IMG/VR virus record: IMGVR_UViG_3300025608_000047
Coordinates: 1-36,198 of that record
Length of the DNA: 36,198 nucleotides
DNA from: a virus
Lineage: Duplodnaviria > Caudoviricetes
Strand: one strand, 5' to 3'
Shown: positions 1-9,601 of the stretch, piece by piece
How the letters are laid out: every line of letters starts with the position of its first letter
Numbering within the stretch: the first letter of the stretch is position 1
The notes under the pieces: model-generated
What the model was told of the DNA's origin: nothing
Seen by the model: the letters and a program-made list of their open reading frames with translations, nothing else
The model's database searches: none
Translations under genes and position numbers: made by a program

Positions 1-8
1 AATGCCAC

Positions 9-374
9 ATGATTGGGTTAGTCACAGCTATCACGAACTTGGCAGGTACATGGGTCAGTGCCAAGGCGGAATCAACCAAGGCCACCGCAGAGGCCAAAGC
101 CACCGCACTGAAAACAGCGGCACAGTCCACAGCGGATTGGGAACGCATCATGGCCGAAGCATCCAAGAACTCGTGGAAAGACGAGTGGTTAACGATAGTG
201 TTCAGCATACCTCTGATACTTGTCTTTATACCAAGCATGGTAGGACATATTCAGCAGGGATTCAACGCATTGGCAACTTTGCCGATTTGGTATCATGAGA
301 TTCTCATGGTAATTGTTTTAGCCTCATTCGGTGTTAAGGCCGGTAAAGGCGTTATGGAGATGTTAAAGAAATGA
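9..374 (+). CDS. Putative holin (3TM-holin-like)
   Basis: 121 aa; SWKDEW motif followed by hydrophobic segments (LTIVFSIPLILVFIP; ILMVIVLASFGV) and a basic C-terminus. Confidence 0.65.
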   Translation: MIGLVTAITNLAGTWVSAKAESTKATAEAKATALKTAAQSTADWERIMAEASKNSWKDEWLTIVFSIPLILVFIPSMVGHIQQGFNALATLPIWYHEILMVIVLASFGVKAGKGVMEMLKK

Positions 375-535
375 TGTATGGTAAAAAGAAAACAGCACCG
401 AAGAACAACGCCCGGCGTAAGACTCCGATTGTGGATGCCCCTACGCCAATCCTCTGTGCAGGCTGTACTACCCCTGACACCTGTACAGCACAGGGTCGTT
501 GCCGTAAGTCTGGTCAGCGTTTGGATACAATCTGA
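371..535 (+). CDS. Small basic Cys-rich protein, 54 aa (not in ORF track)
   Basis: Hand translation MMYGKKKTAPKNNARRKTPIVDAPTPILCAGCTTPDTCTAQGRCRKSGQRLDTI; ATGA overlap with the holin stop and TGATG overlap with the next ORF. Confidence 0.7.
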   Translation: MMYGKKKTAPKNNARRKTPIVDAPTPILCAGCTTPDTCTAQGRCRKSGQRLDTI

Positions 536-663
536 TGCCTTACAGCAAGTACAGCCCTAAGCAAAAGAAACTAGCGGCAGTAGCTCCACCACGGAAGAAG
601 ATTACTGGTGCTGATCTGAAGAAGGTGAAGAAGCGTGGCAGTCAAAAGACAAGCAAAAAGTAA
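535..663 (+). CDS. Small Lys-rich protein, 42 aa (not in ORF track)
   Basis: Hand translation MPYSKYSPKQKKLAAVAPPRKKITGADLKKVKKRGSQKTSKK; coupled start at TGATG. Confidence 0.7.
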   Translation: MPYSKYSPKQKKLAAVAPPRKKITGADLKKVKKRGSQKTSKK

Positions 664-826
664 AGTCAATGAAGCTGGGAACTATACCAAACCTACAATG
701 CGAAAGAACTTATTTAATAAGATCAAAGCAGGAGGCAAGGGAGGTAAACCCGGACAGTGGAGTGCAAGAAAGGCTCAAATGCTTGCCAAAGAGTACAAAG
801 CTAAAGGTGGAGGCTATAAGTCATAA
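635..826 (+). CDS. Small basic protein (DUF5872-like N-terminal half)
   Basis: GTG start after AAGGTG; KGGKPGQWSARKAQMLAKEYKAKGGGY motif. Family name recalled, not searched. Confidence 0.7.
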   Translation: MAVKRQAKSKVNEAGNYTKPTMRKNLFNKIKAGGKGGKPGQWSARKAQMLAKEYKAKGGGYKS

Positions 827-1074
827 TGAAAAAGCCACAACTGTCACTGAAAAAGTGGACAAAACAGAAATGGCGTACCAAGAGTGGCAAGCCATCTACA
901 CAAGGCTCCAAAGCTACCGGGGAGCGTTATCTACCGGAGAAAGCTATCAAGGCGCTTTCCGCAAAAGAATATGCGGCTACGACAAGAGCTAAACGAAAAG
1001 CAACTAAAGCAGGGAAGCAAGTTGCTAAACAGCCTAAGAAGGTTGCACAGAAGACTGCAAAGTATCGTAAGTAA
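826..1074 (+). CDS. Small basic protein (DUF5872-like C-terminal half)
   Basis: TAATG coupling; SLKKWTKQKWRTK...GERYLP motif; very Lys/Arg-rich. Confidence 0.7.
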   Translation: MKKPQLSLKKWTKQKWRTKSGKPSTQGSKATGERYLPEKAIKALSAKEYAATTRAKRKATKAGKQVAKQPKKVAQKTAKYRK

Positions 1075-1075
1075 T

Positions 1076-1104
1076 TTGACATTTAACATATTTTCTGGTA
1101 TAAT
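1076..1104 (+). promoter_or_regulatory. Consensus sigma70 promoter
   Basis: TTGACA (1076-1081), 17-nt spacer, TATAAT (1099-1104) with an extended TG. Confidence 0.85.
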
Positions 1105-1107
1105 ACA

Positions 1108-1452
1108 ATGGCTACAAAAAGATCAGTTGGTGCGTTACTAACAACCTCTTTAACAGATATCTACGAAGTACCGGCTAACAAACGTGCTGAATGGGTTTTA
1201 GTGTATATCACCAATACGTCAGGATCGAACGAAACCTTTAACCTCACGTATTACAAGGCATCTACTACCACAGCGTTAGCTATATTAGATGGTAAAACGC
1301 TGTCATCGAAAGATGTATTTCAGATCGGCGGTAACTACAACGAGTTTATTATGATGGAAGCCGGTGATAAAATTCAAGCGTCTTCAACACACTCTGCTAC
1401 AATCCTAATCTCTGTCATTGAACACAACGCTACAGCGGTCAGAGGTGAATAA
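1108..1452 (+). CDS. Small beta-rich putative virion protein
   Basis: 114 aa; IYEVP...ITN pattern resembles 30756-31064 (VYTVP...VAN). Confidence 0.6.
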   Translation: MATKRSVGALLTTSLTDIYEVPANKRAEWVLVYITNTSGSNETFNLTYYKASTTTALAILDGKTLSSKDVFQIGGNYNEFIMMEAGDKIQASSTHSATILISVIEHNATAVRGE

Positions 1453-1739
1453 TGGCAACGAAGAAAGATCCCAGATTAGCTCGTGCAGGTGTTTCAGGTT
1501 ATAACCAGCCCAAAAGAACCCCTAGTCATCCAAAGAAGTCTCATGTTGTAGTTGCTAAAGTAGGCGATCAAGTAAAGACTATTCGGTTTGGTCAACAAGG
1601 TGTTAAAGGGGCTGGTAAAAACCCGGCATCCGCTAAAGACAAAGCACGTAAGAAGTCGTATTATGCACGACATAATGCTCAAGATTCATCCCCATCGAAG
1701 CTTTCAGCTCGATATTGGTCACATAAGGTGAAATGGTAG
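1452..1739 (+). CDS. Small basic conserved phage protein
   Basis: 95 aa, Lys/Arg-rich; KSHVVVAK..TIRFGQQG..YARH..SARYWS; coupled start. Confidence 0.7.
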   Translation: MATKKDPRLARAGVSGYNQPKRTPSHPKKSHVVVAKVGDQVKTIRFGQQGVKGAGKNPASAKDKARKKSYYARHNAQDSSPSKLSARYWSHKVKW

Positions 1740-2386
1740 TGACATACTTAGAACTGGTAAATTCCGTACTAATCAGACTACGTGAGCGTGAAGTTTCTGC
1801 CGTTACAGAAAACAGTTACTCTAAGTTAGTCGGTCAGTTTGTTAACGATTCAAAGCGTCAAGTTGAAGATGCGTGGAACTGGAATGCGTTACGAAAAACA
1901 TTAACAGCCAATACACAGGCCGGTGTTTTTAACTATGAACTCAACACTGCAGGTAGCCGCTTTCGTGTTTTAGATGTTGTGAATGACACTTCAAATTGGT
2001 TTATGGAACAGCGTTCATCAACTTGGTTTAACGATGCGTTTCTTAACAACCCCACTGTGCAGGAAGCACCACGCTACTACAGCTTTAACGGAGTTTCTGC
2101 TGACGGGGATACACAGGTTGATATATTCCCTATCCCCGGTGCAGAATACACAATTCGGTTCAACATTGTTGACCCCCAAGACAGCTTAACAAATAACTCT
2201 GATACGCTTCTATGCCCTTCAGAGCCTGTTATTTTAGGCGCTTATGCCCGTGCTGTTGCTGAACGTGGTGAAGACGGTGGTATCGCTTCACAGGAAGCCA
2301 CAGGGTTGTATACACAGTCTTTATCAGACCATATTGCAATTGAAGCGAACCATTTCGCTGATGAGCTTGTTTGGAGAGAGTTTTAA
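1733..2386 (+). CDS. Tail tubular protein A / head-tail adaptor
   Basis: 217 aa; TYLELVNSVLIRLRE start and WNWNAL motif typical of podovirus adaptors; precedes the nozzle-like gene. Confidence 0.7.
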   Translation: MVVTYLELVNSVLIRLREREVSAVTENSYSKLVGQFVNDSKRQVEDAWNWNALRKTLTANTQAGVFNYELNTAGSRFRVLDVVNDTSNWFMEQRSSTWFNDAFLNNPTVQEAPRYYSFNGVSADGDTQVDIFPIPGAEYTIRFNIVDPQDSLTNNSDTLLCPSEPVILGAYARAVAERGEDGGIASQEATGLYTQSLSDHIAIEANHFADELVWREF

Positions 2387-3915
2387 TGGCGGGGTCACTG
2401 CAGGCTGTTACTCTCGCCGCACCGGGCTTTTATGGTCTAAACACCCAAGAGTCTGGTATTACCATTTCCAATGGATTTGCGCTAGAGGCAACAAACTGTA
2501 TTATTGACAAGTTCGGACGTATCGGTAGCCGAAAAGGATGGACAAAGTTAAATGGTACAGCCTTTACTGGACAAGTACGCTCCATTGCTGAATACACTAA
2601 ATCAGATGGTACGTTAGAAGTTCTATATGCCGCTAACAATGCATTATGGCGCTTAGAAGAGAATGGAACGTCTACAGAGCTTACAGACGCAGACGCCACA
2701 GACATCACCATCACTGATGATGATTGGCAGATTATCTGCTTCAACAACTATGCAGTATTTGTACAGCAAGGTCATCAAATGGTGTACTACGATGGTAGTG
2801 CAGACACATACAATGAATATAGCTCTGCACCCGGTTCTACAACCCCTAGCTGTGGTGCGGCTTGCTTTAATCGTGTTTGGGTTGCTGATGACTACACTCT
2901 TTATTGGTCTAAGATTTTAGAACCTCAGTCTTTCTCAGGGACTGGTACAGGCTACTTAAATGTACGTGAGATCTTCGGTGAAGACGACACTATCACAGCC
3001 GTCACAGCCTATAACAATCGCCTAGTAATCTTTGGGCGTAGAAACATTGCATTCTTTGCAGGAGCTGAAGACCCAACAGGTACAGCTTTTCAGATGGTAG
3101 ATCATATTAAAGGCGTTGGCTGTATCGCTAGGGACTCTGTACAGAATGTAGGAAGTGATGTTGTATTCCTCTCTGCAGACGGTGTACGCACGATTGGACG
3201 TACTATCCAAGAAGTTTCTTCACCAATCGGTGATGTATCACGGAATGTCCGGGATGAAATTGTACAGTACATTGCCAGTGAATCAGAATATCGAATCAAA
3301 GGTGTTTTCTCCCAGACAAATGCGTTCTATCTACTTACTTTACCAGCCACTGGGTACACGTATTGCTTCGACATGAGAGCCTCTTTACAAGACGGTAGTA
3401 GACGGGTAACACTCTGGACTGAGATTACACCATCAGCGTATGCAGTACGAAAGAATGGGAATTTATTAGTTGGTCAAAATGGCTATGTAGGGCGATATAA
3501 CGGCTATACAGACAATGGTACAACCTACCGTATGTCTTACTTCACCAACTACTTCGACTTCGGTAACTCAGCTCTTGAAAGTATCCTTAAAAAAATACGA
3601 TTAGCTGTTATCGGAGCCACAAATCAAGATGCCTCATTGAAATGGGCGTTTGATTACAATATCGATTATAGTTCTACATCGTTTGTACTGTCTGAAGGTA
3701 TTACATCTGAATACAACGTAGATGAGTATTTCTCAGATGACGATACAGACAACGAAGCGGAATATTCATCTGGTATTATTCTTGATAATATTTCATTAAA
3801 TATCGGTGGTAAAGGCGCTGTGGTACAAATTGGTATTGAAGCAGATATTCAAGGCGGTGCATTGTCACTGCAGAAGATGGACATTTTCGCAAAGAATGGA
3901 AAACTGGTGAGTTAA
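2386..3915 (+). CDS. Tail tubular protein B / nozzle (P22 gp10-like)
   Basis: About 509 aa, beta-rich, GVGCIARDSV motif; likely start is the TAATG-coupled ATG at 2386. Confidence 0.7.
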   Translation: MAGSLQAVTLAAPGFYGLNTQESGITISNGFALEATNCIIDKFGRIGSRKGWTKLNGTAFTGQVRSIAEYTKSDGTLEVLYAANNALWRLEENGTSTELTDADATDITITDDDWQIICFNNYAVFVQQGHQMVYYDGSADTYNEYSSAPGSTTPSCGAACFNRVWVADDYTLYWSKILEPQSFSGTGTGYLNVREIFGEDDTITAVTAYNNRLVIFGRRNIAFFAGAEDPTGTAFQMVDHIKGVGCIARDSVQNVGSDVVFLSADGVRTIGRTIQEVSSPIGDVSRNVRDEIVQYIASESEYRIKGVFSQTNAFYLLTLPATGYTYCFDMRASLQDGSRRVTLWTEITPSAYAVRKNGNLLVGQNGYVGRYNGYTDNGTTYRMSYFTNYFDFGNSALESILKKIRLAVIGATNQDASLKWAFDYNIDYSSTSFVLSEGITSEYNVDEYFSDDDTDNEAEYSSGIILDNISLNIGGKGAVVQIGIEADIQGGALSLQKMDIFAKNGKLVS

Positions 3916-4548
3916 ATGAGCGATTATACTAAAGCAACCAACTTTGCATCTAAAGACAATTTACCAGTTGGTGATGCAAACAAGAAGGTTAAAGGGGTTG
4001 AGATTGATAATGAGTTCAATGCAATCTCCAATGCAATTTCAACAAAGGCTAATTTACAGTCTCCAGAGTTTACTGGAGCGCCTACAGCGCCGACTGCTGT
4101 GGCAGGAACTAGCACTACGCAGTTAGCGACAACAGCCTTTGTTACAACTAACTCAGTACCTTCAGGGGCTATTTTACTGTGGTCAGGAAGCACAGCATCA
4201 ATTCCAACAGGGTTTGTTCTGTGTGATGGTACAAACAGCACACCAGACCTTCGTAATCGCTTTGTAGTTGGAGCAGGTGATACGTATGCAGTAGACGCTA
4301 CAGGCGGTAGTGCAGATGCTGTTGTAGTATCTCACACGCACACTGTTACTGATCCGGGACACAACCACTCTGTACCAAACTCTGGTAGTCAGAATAACTC
4401 GTTTGACTCTGGTACTACTGTTGGTAATGATGTCACCGGTACATCAGGGACGGCCACCACAGGGATTAGTATTGCATCCGCTGGTGAATCTGGTACAAAC
4501 AAAAACTTGCCTCCGTATTATGCGTTGGCATACATCATGAAGACTTAA
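3916..4548 (+). CDS. Short tail fibre / tail-collar domain protein
   Basis: SPEFTGAPTAPT repeat; collar motif PSGAILLWSG..IPTGFVLCDG..PDLRNRFVVGAG; HTH/HNH motifs; NLPPYYALAYIMK end. Confidence 0.75.
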   Translation: MSDYTKATNFASKDNLPVGDANKKVKGVEIDNEFNAISNAISTKANLQSPEFTGAPTAPTAVAGTSTTQLATTAFVTTNSVPSGAILLWSGSTASIPTGFVLCDGTNSTPDLRNRFVVGAGDTYAVDATGGSADAVVVSHTHTVTDPGHNHSVPNSGSQNNSFDSGTTVGNDVTGTSGTATTGISIASAGESGTNKNLPPYYALAYIMKT

Positions 4549-4560
4549 TAGGAAGTTACT

Positions 4561-5457
4561 ATGTGGGGAGCAATTGTTGGGGGAGCTATATCAGCATACG
4601 GTGCTTATAAAAGCTCTAAAGCACAACAGGCAGGGGTACAAGCTCAGATAGCGGCAGAGCGTGAAGCTCGTGCGGCGGCTGAAGAGGCGGCTAAGTTTCG
4701 TGCGGTAGGCTTTACCAGCCCTTATGGTGCGATGCGTACAGAAGTCGATGCGGAAGGTCGTCTAACTGATGTTGGGTTTGACCTAGATCCTCGATTCCAG
4801 CAACGGGCTGACATCTATGCAGGTATGGGTGAGCAGATGCTAGGTGGCATTGATGTTGACCCTATGGCGGCGGCGCAGGCTCGTACAGCACGGTTGGAAG
4901 CATTAGCACAGCCCGGTAGAGAGCTTGCACAGGAACGGATGTTCAGCAACCTAGCCTCTAAAGGCTTAACAGGGCTTGGGGTTGACATAGGCTACGGTGG
5001 TGCGGCTAACCCTTATGCTATGGCACTAGCACAGTCTGAAGAGGCTCAAAGAGCAAGAACAGCCTCTGACAGCTATGATCTAGCACGGAGAGACATTACA
5101 GCAGACATCGCCCTCGCAGATACACTGTTCGGACAAGAGCGTGGTATCTACGACATTGGTCGAGCTGAAATGGATTACGGCATTAATCTCGCTGATACAG
5201 AACGTATGCGTAGGCTTGAAGCGGCAGGTAGATCTGCGACAGCGGCTCGTAACATTGCAGGTTACCAAGCCCAGGCAGGTAACATCGCCGCAGGCCGTAC
5301 AGAGGCGCTACTTAGCTCTCTAGGTCAGCTTGGCGGTAGAGCCTATGATGCAGGGTTGTTTAGTGGTGGTTCAGGTGCTGTACAGCCTTACTATGCTAGT
5401 GGTGGTCGAGTAGGTTCCGTCACAGCCGGGGCTAACCCTCTTGAATACATGCCGTAG
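4561..5457 (+). CDS. Putative internal virion (ejection) protein
   Basis: Ala/Gly-rich with a hydrophobic Gly-rich N-terminus; first of three ORFs after the tail genes. Confidence 0.55.
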   Translation: MWGAIVGGAISAYGAYKSSKAQQAGVQAQIAAEREARAAAEEAAKFRAVGFTSPYGAMRTEVDAEGRLTDVGFDLDPRFQQRADIYAGMGEQMLGGIDVDPMAAAQARTARLEALAQPGRELAQERMFSNLASKGLTGLGVDIGYGGAANPYAMALAQSEEAQRARTASDSYDLARRDITADIALADTLFGQERGIYDIGRAEMDYGINLADTERMRRLEAAGRSATAARNIAGYQAQAGNIAAGRTEALLSSLGQLGGRAYDAGLFSGGSGAVQPYYASGGRVGSVTAGANPLEYMP

Positions 5458-5465
5458 GAGATATC

Positions 5466-7163
5466 ATGGCAGACTCACAAATTTTAGGACTATTCGCAAG
5501 CCCACGTAGCGTTGAAGACGCTGTTCGGAATCAGATTCGCCAAACTGCCCCACAGTTTGAGAATGCCCCTAATCAGCGGCTGTTCAATGCGATTGCAGAG
5601 GCTGGTGCGGGTTTTGATCCACGTGTACAGCAGGCGAGAGATCAGCAGGAAGTTGCAAAAAATGTACCCGGTGAATTTGGTTCATCTCAGTATTACTACG
5701 ATCTTGCTGAACAGTTTCGCCAACGTGGAATGTTACAATCTGCGGTTGTAGCGGCTGATAAAGCTAAACAGATCGATAAAGACTTGATGGATAAAGCGAC
5801 TGCAAAGTATGGTGCAATTAGCTTTGTTCAGTACGGTAGCCAAGCGACTAACATTCGCAGACTGATTATGCAAATCGAACGTGCTAAAGAGCCGGGTGTC
5901 AAAATAGCTCTTCAGAAAGAGTTAGAGGAAGCTTTCAAGAAAGGTGCGGAAGAAGTTGCTAATCGTGAAGCACAAGAGGCTGGTAAAAAGAAAGCCGCTG
6001 AGTTAGACGAAGAGCGCCGTGATAAATCATTAAACGATGTTAAAGAACAGTTCGAAAAAGCAAACACGAATGATGAAACAATCTTTACCTTAAAGAATGG
6101 CATTTTAAACAATCTGCAAAACATTAACACTGGCTTCGGTTCTAGTGTCATTACAGGCTTCCAGCAGTTTGCACGTGCGTTAGGAATCACAGAAGCTGAC
6201 TCTCGTTGGAGTGTACTGTCTGCGAATACACAGGCGGCACAGTCTATCATCGGGCAGTTAATGCTCAAGCAAATTAAGACTCTTGGTACAAACCCATCAA
6301 ACGCTGACCGTGAGTTCTTGATGAAGACTTTACCAGATATGTCAAATGACCCCGAAGCGATTCGTAAGATTGCGGCATTCTTAGAAGCTAAAGCAATATT
6401 CTTGCGTGAAGATGCACGGGCTAAGTTGAAGCATCTTCGAAGCGGTAACAACGACCTAGTCGATTATGAGACTCCTCAAGAAGTCTTTGACAAGCTAGAA
6501 AAGTTCTATCGTGATGCAGGCGTTACAGCTTCACGGGATGAGATTCCTGATGAAGAATTAGAGGATATGCCAAACACTTATGGGACACCTGAGCCAGCCG
6601 CTATCCAACCCTCTACAGAAATCGAATCTCAGCAAGGGGTTGATGGTGAAGCTACAGTGACTCCTGTTGAGCCTGCTCCGGAAGTAGCGGCACAGCCTGA
6701 GTCAATCGTTCCCCCTGTCACGGAAAGAACACCAGAGCAGACCGAAGTAGCCCCAGCTCAACAAACAGTGGTAATTCCACAAGGATTAAGAGAGCCTGCA
6801 GAAACTTCTGAAGGGATTGCGACACAGCAAGCTGAACTCAGACAACTATTAGAAAGTGATTCAGATTTTACTGCCGCTGAGAGAGCCGCTATTGCGGGAC
6901 AAATTAGTCGATTAGGTCAGGCTAAAACACAACTACAACAGCAAGAAACTCAGATATTTAATACCGCCCTTGATGCGATTGTAACATCAGCATTTCCGAC
7001 ATCATTTGGTGCTGAGCAACGTCTTGCAAACATGACTCGTAAGCAAAAACTTGAGTATGCGTATCGTTTTATGACATTGAAAATGAATAGTGGACGAGAA
7101 ATGAGTCAGGTAGAACTGAAGATGTACCGGCAAATCATTGCTGAATTAGAGGCACAACTGTAA
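5466..7163 (+). CDS. Putative internal virion (ejection) protein
   Basis: 565 aa, helical, GTNPSNADREF motif, Pro/Glu-rich linker; GGAG RBS. Confidence 0.55.
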   Translation: MADSQILGLFASPRSVEDAVRNQIRQTAPQFENAPNQRLFNAIAEAGAGFDPRVQQARDQQEVAKNVPGEFGSSQYYYDLAEQFRQRGMLQSAVVAADKAKQIDKDLMDKATAKYGAISFVQYGSQATNIRRLIMQIERAKEPGVKIALQKELEEAFKKGAEEVANREAQEAGKKKAAELDEERRDKSLNDVKEQFEKANTNDETIFTLKNGILNNLQNINTGFGSSVITGFQQFARALGITEADSRWSVLSANTQAAQSIIGQLMLKQIKTLGTNPSNADREFLMKTLPDMSNDPEAIRKIAAFLEAKAIFLREDARAKLKHLRSGNNDLVDYETPQEVFDKLEKFYRDAGVTASRDEIPDEELEDMPNTYGTPEPAAIQPSTEIESQQGVDGEATVTPVEPAPEVAAQPESIVPPVTERTPEQTEVAPAQQTVVIPQGLREPAETSEGIATQQAELRQLLESDSDFTAAERAAIAGQISRLGQAKTQLQQQETQIFNTALDAIVTSAFPTSFGAEQRLANMTRKQKLEYAYRFMTLKMNSGREMSQVELKMYRQIIAELEAQL

Positions 7164-9367
7164 TGGCAATTACACAGGCAGAACTTCAAGAGTTACTAGG
7201 AACCTACACTACTCCAAGGGATCAACGTAACAAGCGTAAGCAGGATGTTGAACAAGCCGCTGTACGGTCTGCTCCAGTCGAAGATGTCTTTGCATCTGCG
7301 GCAAAGAGCATTATCGGCGATGACGGTGTAAACTTCCTATCTAGCAACTTCGGTAAAGGTGGTCGTTTTGATATCACTCAAACTATTGCTGGTAAAGGGC
7401 TGTTAAGCGGTGTTGCCGGTATCGGTAGTCTTGGTGTGGAGCTACCACGTTTGGCTGAAATGGGCTACGAGTACGCTACAGGCGAACAAGTAGACTTGCC
7501 TGAGATTGGTTATTCATACGATGAATTGGCAACACGATTAGATGCTAAACTGCCTGAAGACGCAACAGAGGCAGACAAGCTCCTGTACTACGGTATGGAA
7601 GCACTTCCTATGTTGGGCGGTGGTGGCCTACTACGCTCCGGTGCTAGGACGGCTCAGGGAGCTTTAGCAGGCCGTCTAGGCGAAGAAAATGCTTTGCTTG
7701 GTATGGCTGTTGGGGTAGCACCAGAAGTTCCTAAAGTTCCAAGTATACCCGGAGCTGGTCGAGGAGCTGGTGCAAGCACTCGTGTAGACGCTATTGACTC
7801 TGATGCTCGCAGGCTTGGTGAGCAAATGGCGAATGAGTTTGGTATTCAAGAGACTCGTGGGCAGATGCTCTACCGGGCGGCAGTAAACGAAACAAACCCA
7901 GAGCTTCGTATTAAGAAGATGGCTGAAGCAGAGCGTGTACTCGCCTTAGAAGAAGCCGGAAGACAATATGATCCTACACTGGATGTGAAGGGTGTTCGTA
8001 CCAACACAGCGTTATGGAAAGAAAATGACGTTAAGCAAGCACAGCAGATCGAAGAAGCGATGCGTAGAATTGCCGGTGTTGAGAAAGGCGCTAAAAACCC
8101 TGCTGAAGTCAAAGATAAAATCGTTAACGCTTACAAGAATTGGTCTAAAGGGCGTATGGAAGCATTCCGTAAAGCCAACACCGAAGACTTTGGACAGCTT
8201 GATCGTGGTATTAAGTTTGACCTTGAAAACGTAGTTGATGAAATCGACGCGCTGATTGGCGAGTTTGACTTAACACAGAGATTACAGGATTCACCACGTA
8301 ATACACTGTTAAAGATTCGTAACAAAATCTTAACAGAGAAAGGACAGGTGCGAGAGTTATCTGCACCAGAGCTTCAGTCTATCTTACAAGACCTTGGTAC
8401 AATCGCTTGGAAAGGTAGTATTCAAGGCTTAGATGATTTGAATCCCGGTGTTGCTAAAACAGTAGCCCGTAAGATGATTAATATTTTCGGTAACTCATTA
8501 GACAACATCGCTAAAAGCTCTGATTCGTTATCAGCAGAACAGGCCCAGTTGCTCAAACAAGCACGACAAAACTTTAAAGCGAGAGTAACAGCCCTACAGG
8601 ACGAATCCTCCGGTACGCTGTTGCAGTTCTTTACGTTAGAGCCTGAATATGCTACACCAAGCGAGCTTCTGAACAAGTTTGATGCTGTTAAAGACGATCC
8701 CCGACAGGTTCGTATTATGAGTAGCATCTTACAGTCTGAAAATCCCGGACTGTGGGAAGAAGTCAAAACAACACTGTTCAATCGTGAGATGGACAAGCTT
8801 CGTGATCGTAGCGGTAACTTAGATCTAGTAAAGCTCCGTCAGGCGGCTTCGAAACTAAGCACCAATGAGCTACTGTTCGGTGACCAACAAGCCGCCCAAG
8901 GTCTGAAGCAATTTGATAAATTTCTTGATAGTTTGGAAGGTATCTTCCAGCGTATCGATCCAGTCGATGTAGCTGAAATGACCTCCGGGAATCTGTACAG
9001 AAAGGCAAAGCTAGGTAGTGAGATTGCAGGTAGCTTAGGAGGGCCGAAAGGACGCTATGTCTCTGAAGCGGCAACTAAGCTAATGCTCATGATTAAGGGC
9101 GGTCGTATTCCACCAGAGGCGGCGGCGTATGTTGCTATGAATCCTAAAGCTCAGAGCGTCCTAACAAAGGCGCTTAAAGGCAAGGCTAACGCACTAACGC
9201 CTAAAGAGATGAAGATGCTACAGACTATGGTTGGTTTAGGGCGTTTACAAGTCTCTGTAACCCTACCATCCATCTACTTCGCTAGGGATGAAGAGCAAAC
9301 TACACAGAAAGGAATAGAGTTCGTTCAGGGAATGTTTAGTGACGCTATCCAAGCTGTGACAGAATAA
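7163..9367 (+). CDS. Putative large internal virion (ejection) protein
   Basis: 734 aa, helical, Gly-rich hydrophobic patches; last gene of the plus-strand arm. Confidence 0.55.
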   Translation: MAITQAELQELLGTYTTPRDQRNKRKQDVEQAAVRSAPVEDVFASAAKSIIGDDGVNFLSSNFGKGGRFDITQTIAGKGLLSGVAGIGSLGVELPRLAEMGYEYATGEQVDLPEIGYSYDELATRLDAKLPEDATEADKLLYYGMEALPMLGGGGLLRSGARTAQGALAGRLGEENALLGMAVGVAPEVPKVPSIPGAGRGAGASTRVDAIDSDARRLGEQMANEFGIQETRGQMLYRAAVNETNPELRIKKMAEAERVLALEEAGRQYDPTLDVKGVRTNTALWKENDVKQAQQIEEAMRRIAGVEKGAKNPAEVKDKIVNAYKNWSKGRMEAFRKANTEDFGQLDRGIKFDLENVVDEIDALIGEFDLTQRLQDSPRNTLLKIRNKILTEKGQVRELSAPELQSILQDLGTIAWKGSIQGLDDLNPGVAKTVARKMINIFGNSLDNIAKSSDSLSAEQAQLLKQARQNFKARVTALQDESSGTLLQFFTLEPEYATPSELLNKFDAVKDDPRQVRIMSSILQSENPGLWEEVKTTLFNREMDKLRDRSGNLDLVKLRQAASKLSTNELLFGDQQAAQGLKQFDKFLDSLEGIFQRIDPVDVAEMTSGNLYRKAKLGSEIAGSLGGPKGRYVSEAATKLMLMIKGGRIPPEAAAYVAMNPKAQSVLTKALKGKANALTPKEMKMLQTMVGLGRLQVSVTLPSIYFARDEEQTTQKGIEFVQGMFSDAIQAVTE

Positions 9368-9389
9368 AAAAAGCCCCTGTGAAGGGGCT
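9366..9389 (-). terminator. Intrinsic terminator at the convergence of the two arms
   Basis: AGCCCCT-GTGA-AGGGGCT hairpin (9372-9389); the A-run to its left is the U-tract for the minus strand. Confidence 0.8.
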
Positions 9390-9409
9390 AAACACTCACT
9401 GGAGAGATT

Positions 9410-9601
9410 CTATTCATACATCTCAAAGACATCCCCGATCATAATCTTAACAAAGGGGATGTTAATGACGAAGCCATCAAAGAAGAATACATCTGCTTGC
9501 TCAATAGTTTCATCTTGTTTCCAACCCAACACAGGCTGACTCTGCACTGTCTCTACTGACAGGCCAAATACATTATGGAATTTTGCCGCTACCATCCCCA
9601 A
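9410..9601 (-). CDS. Hypothetical protein
   Basis: 63 aa ORF overlapping the nrdB stop and ending just before the terminator. Confidence 0.6.
   Translation of the reverse strand: MGMVAAKFHNVFGLSVETVQSQPVLGWKQDETIEQADVFFFDGFVINIPFVKIMIGDVFEMYE

Noticed and set aside
2-560. ORFs 2-298 and 378-560 from the track
   Set aside because: Alternative frames over the better-supported holin and the coupled 371-535 ORF.
5912-6451. Long antisense ORFs (also 8422-8796, 28278-28679, 32642-33010)
   Set aside because: Shadow frames of genuine plus-strand genes, with no independent motifs.
9366-9400. Bidirectional terminator
   Set aside because: No U-tract follows the hairpin on the plus strand; only minus-strand termination is supported.
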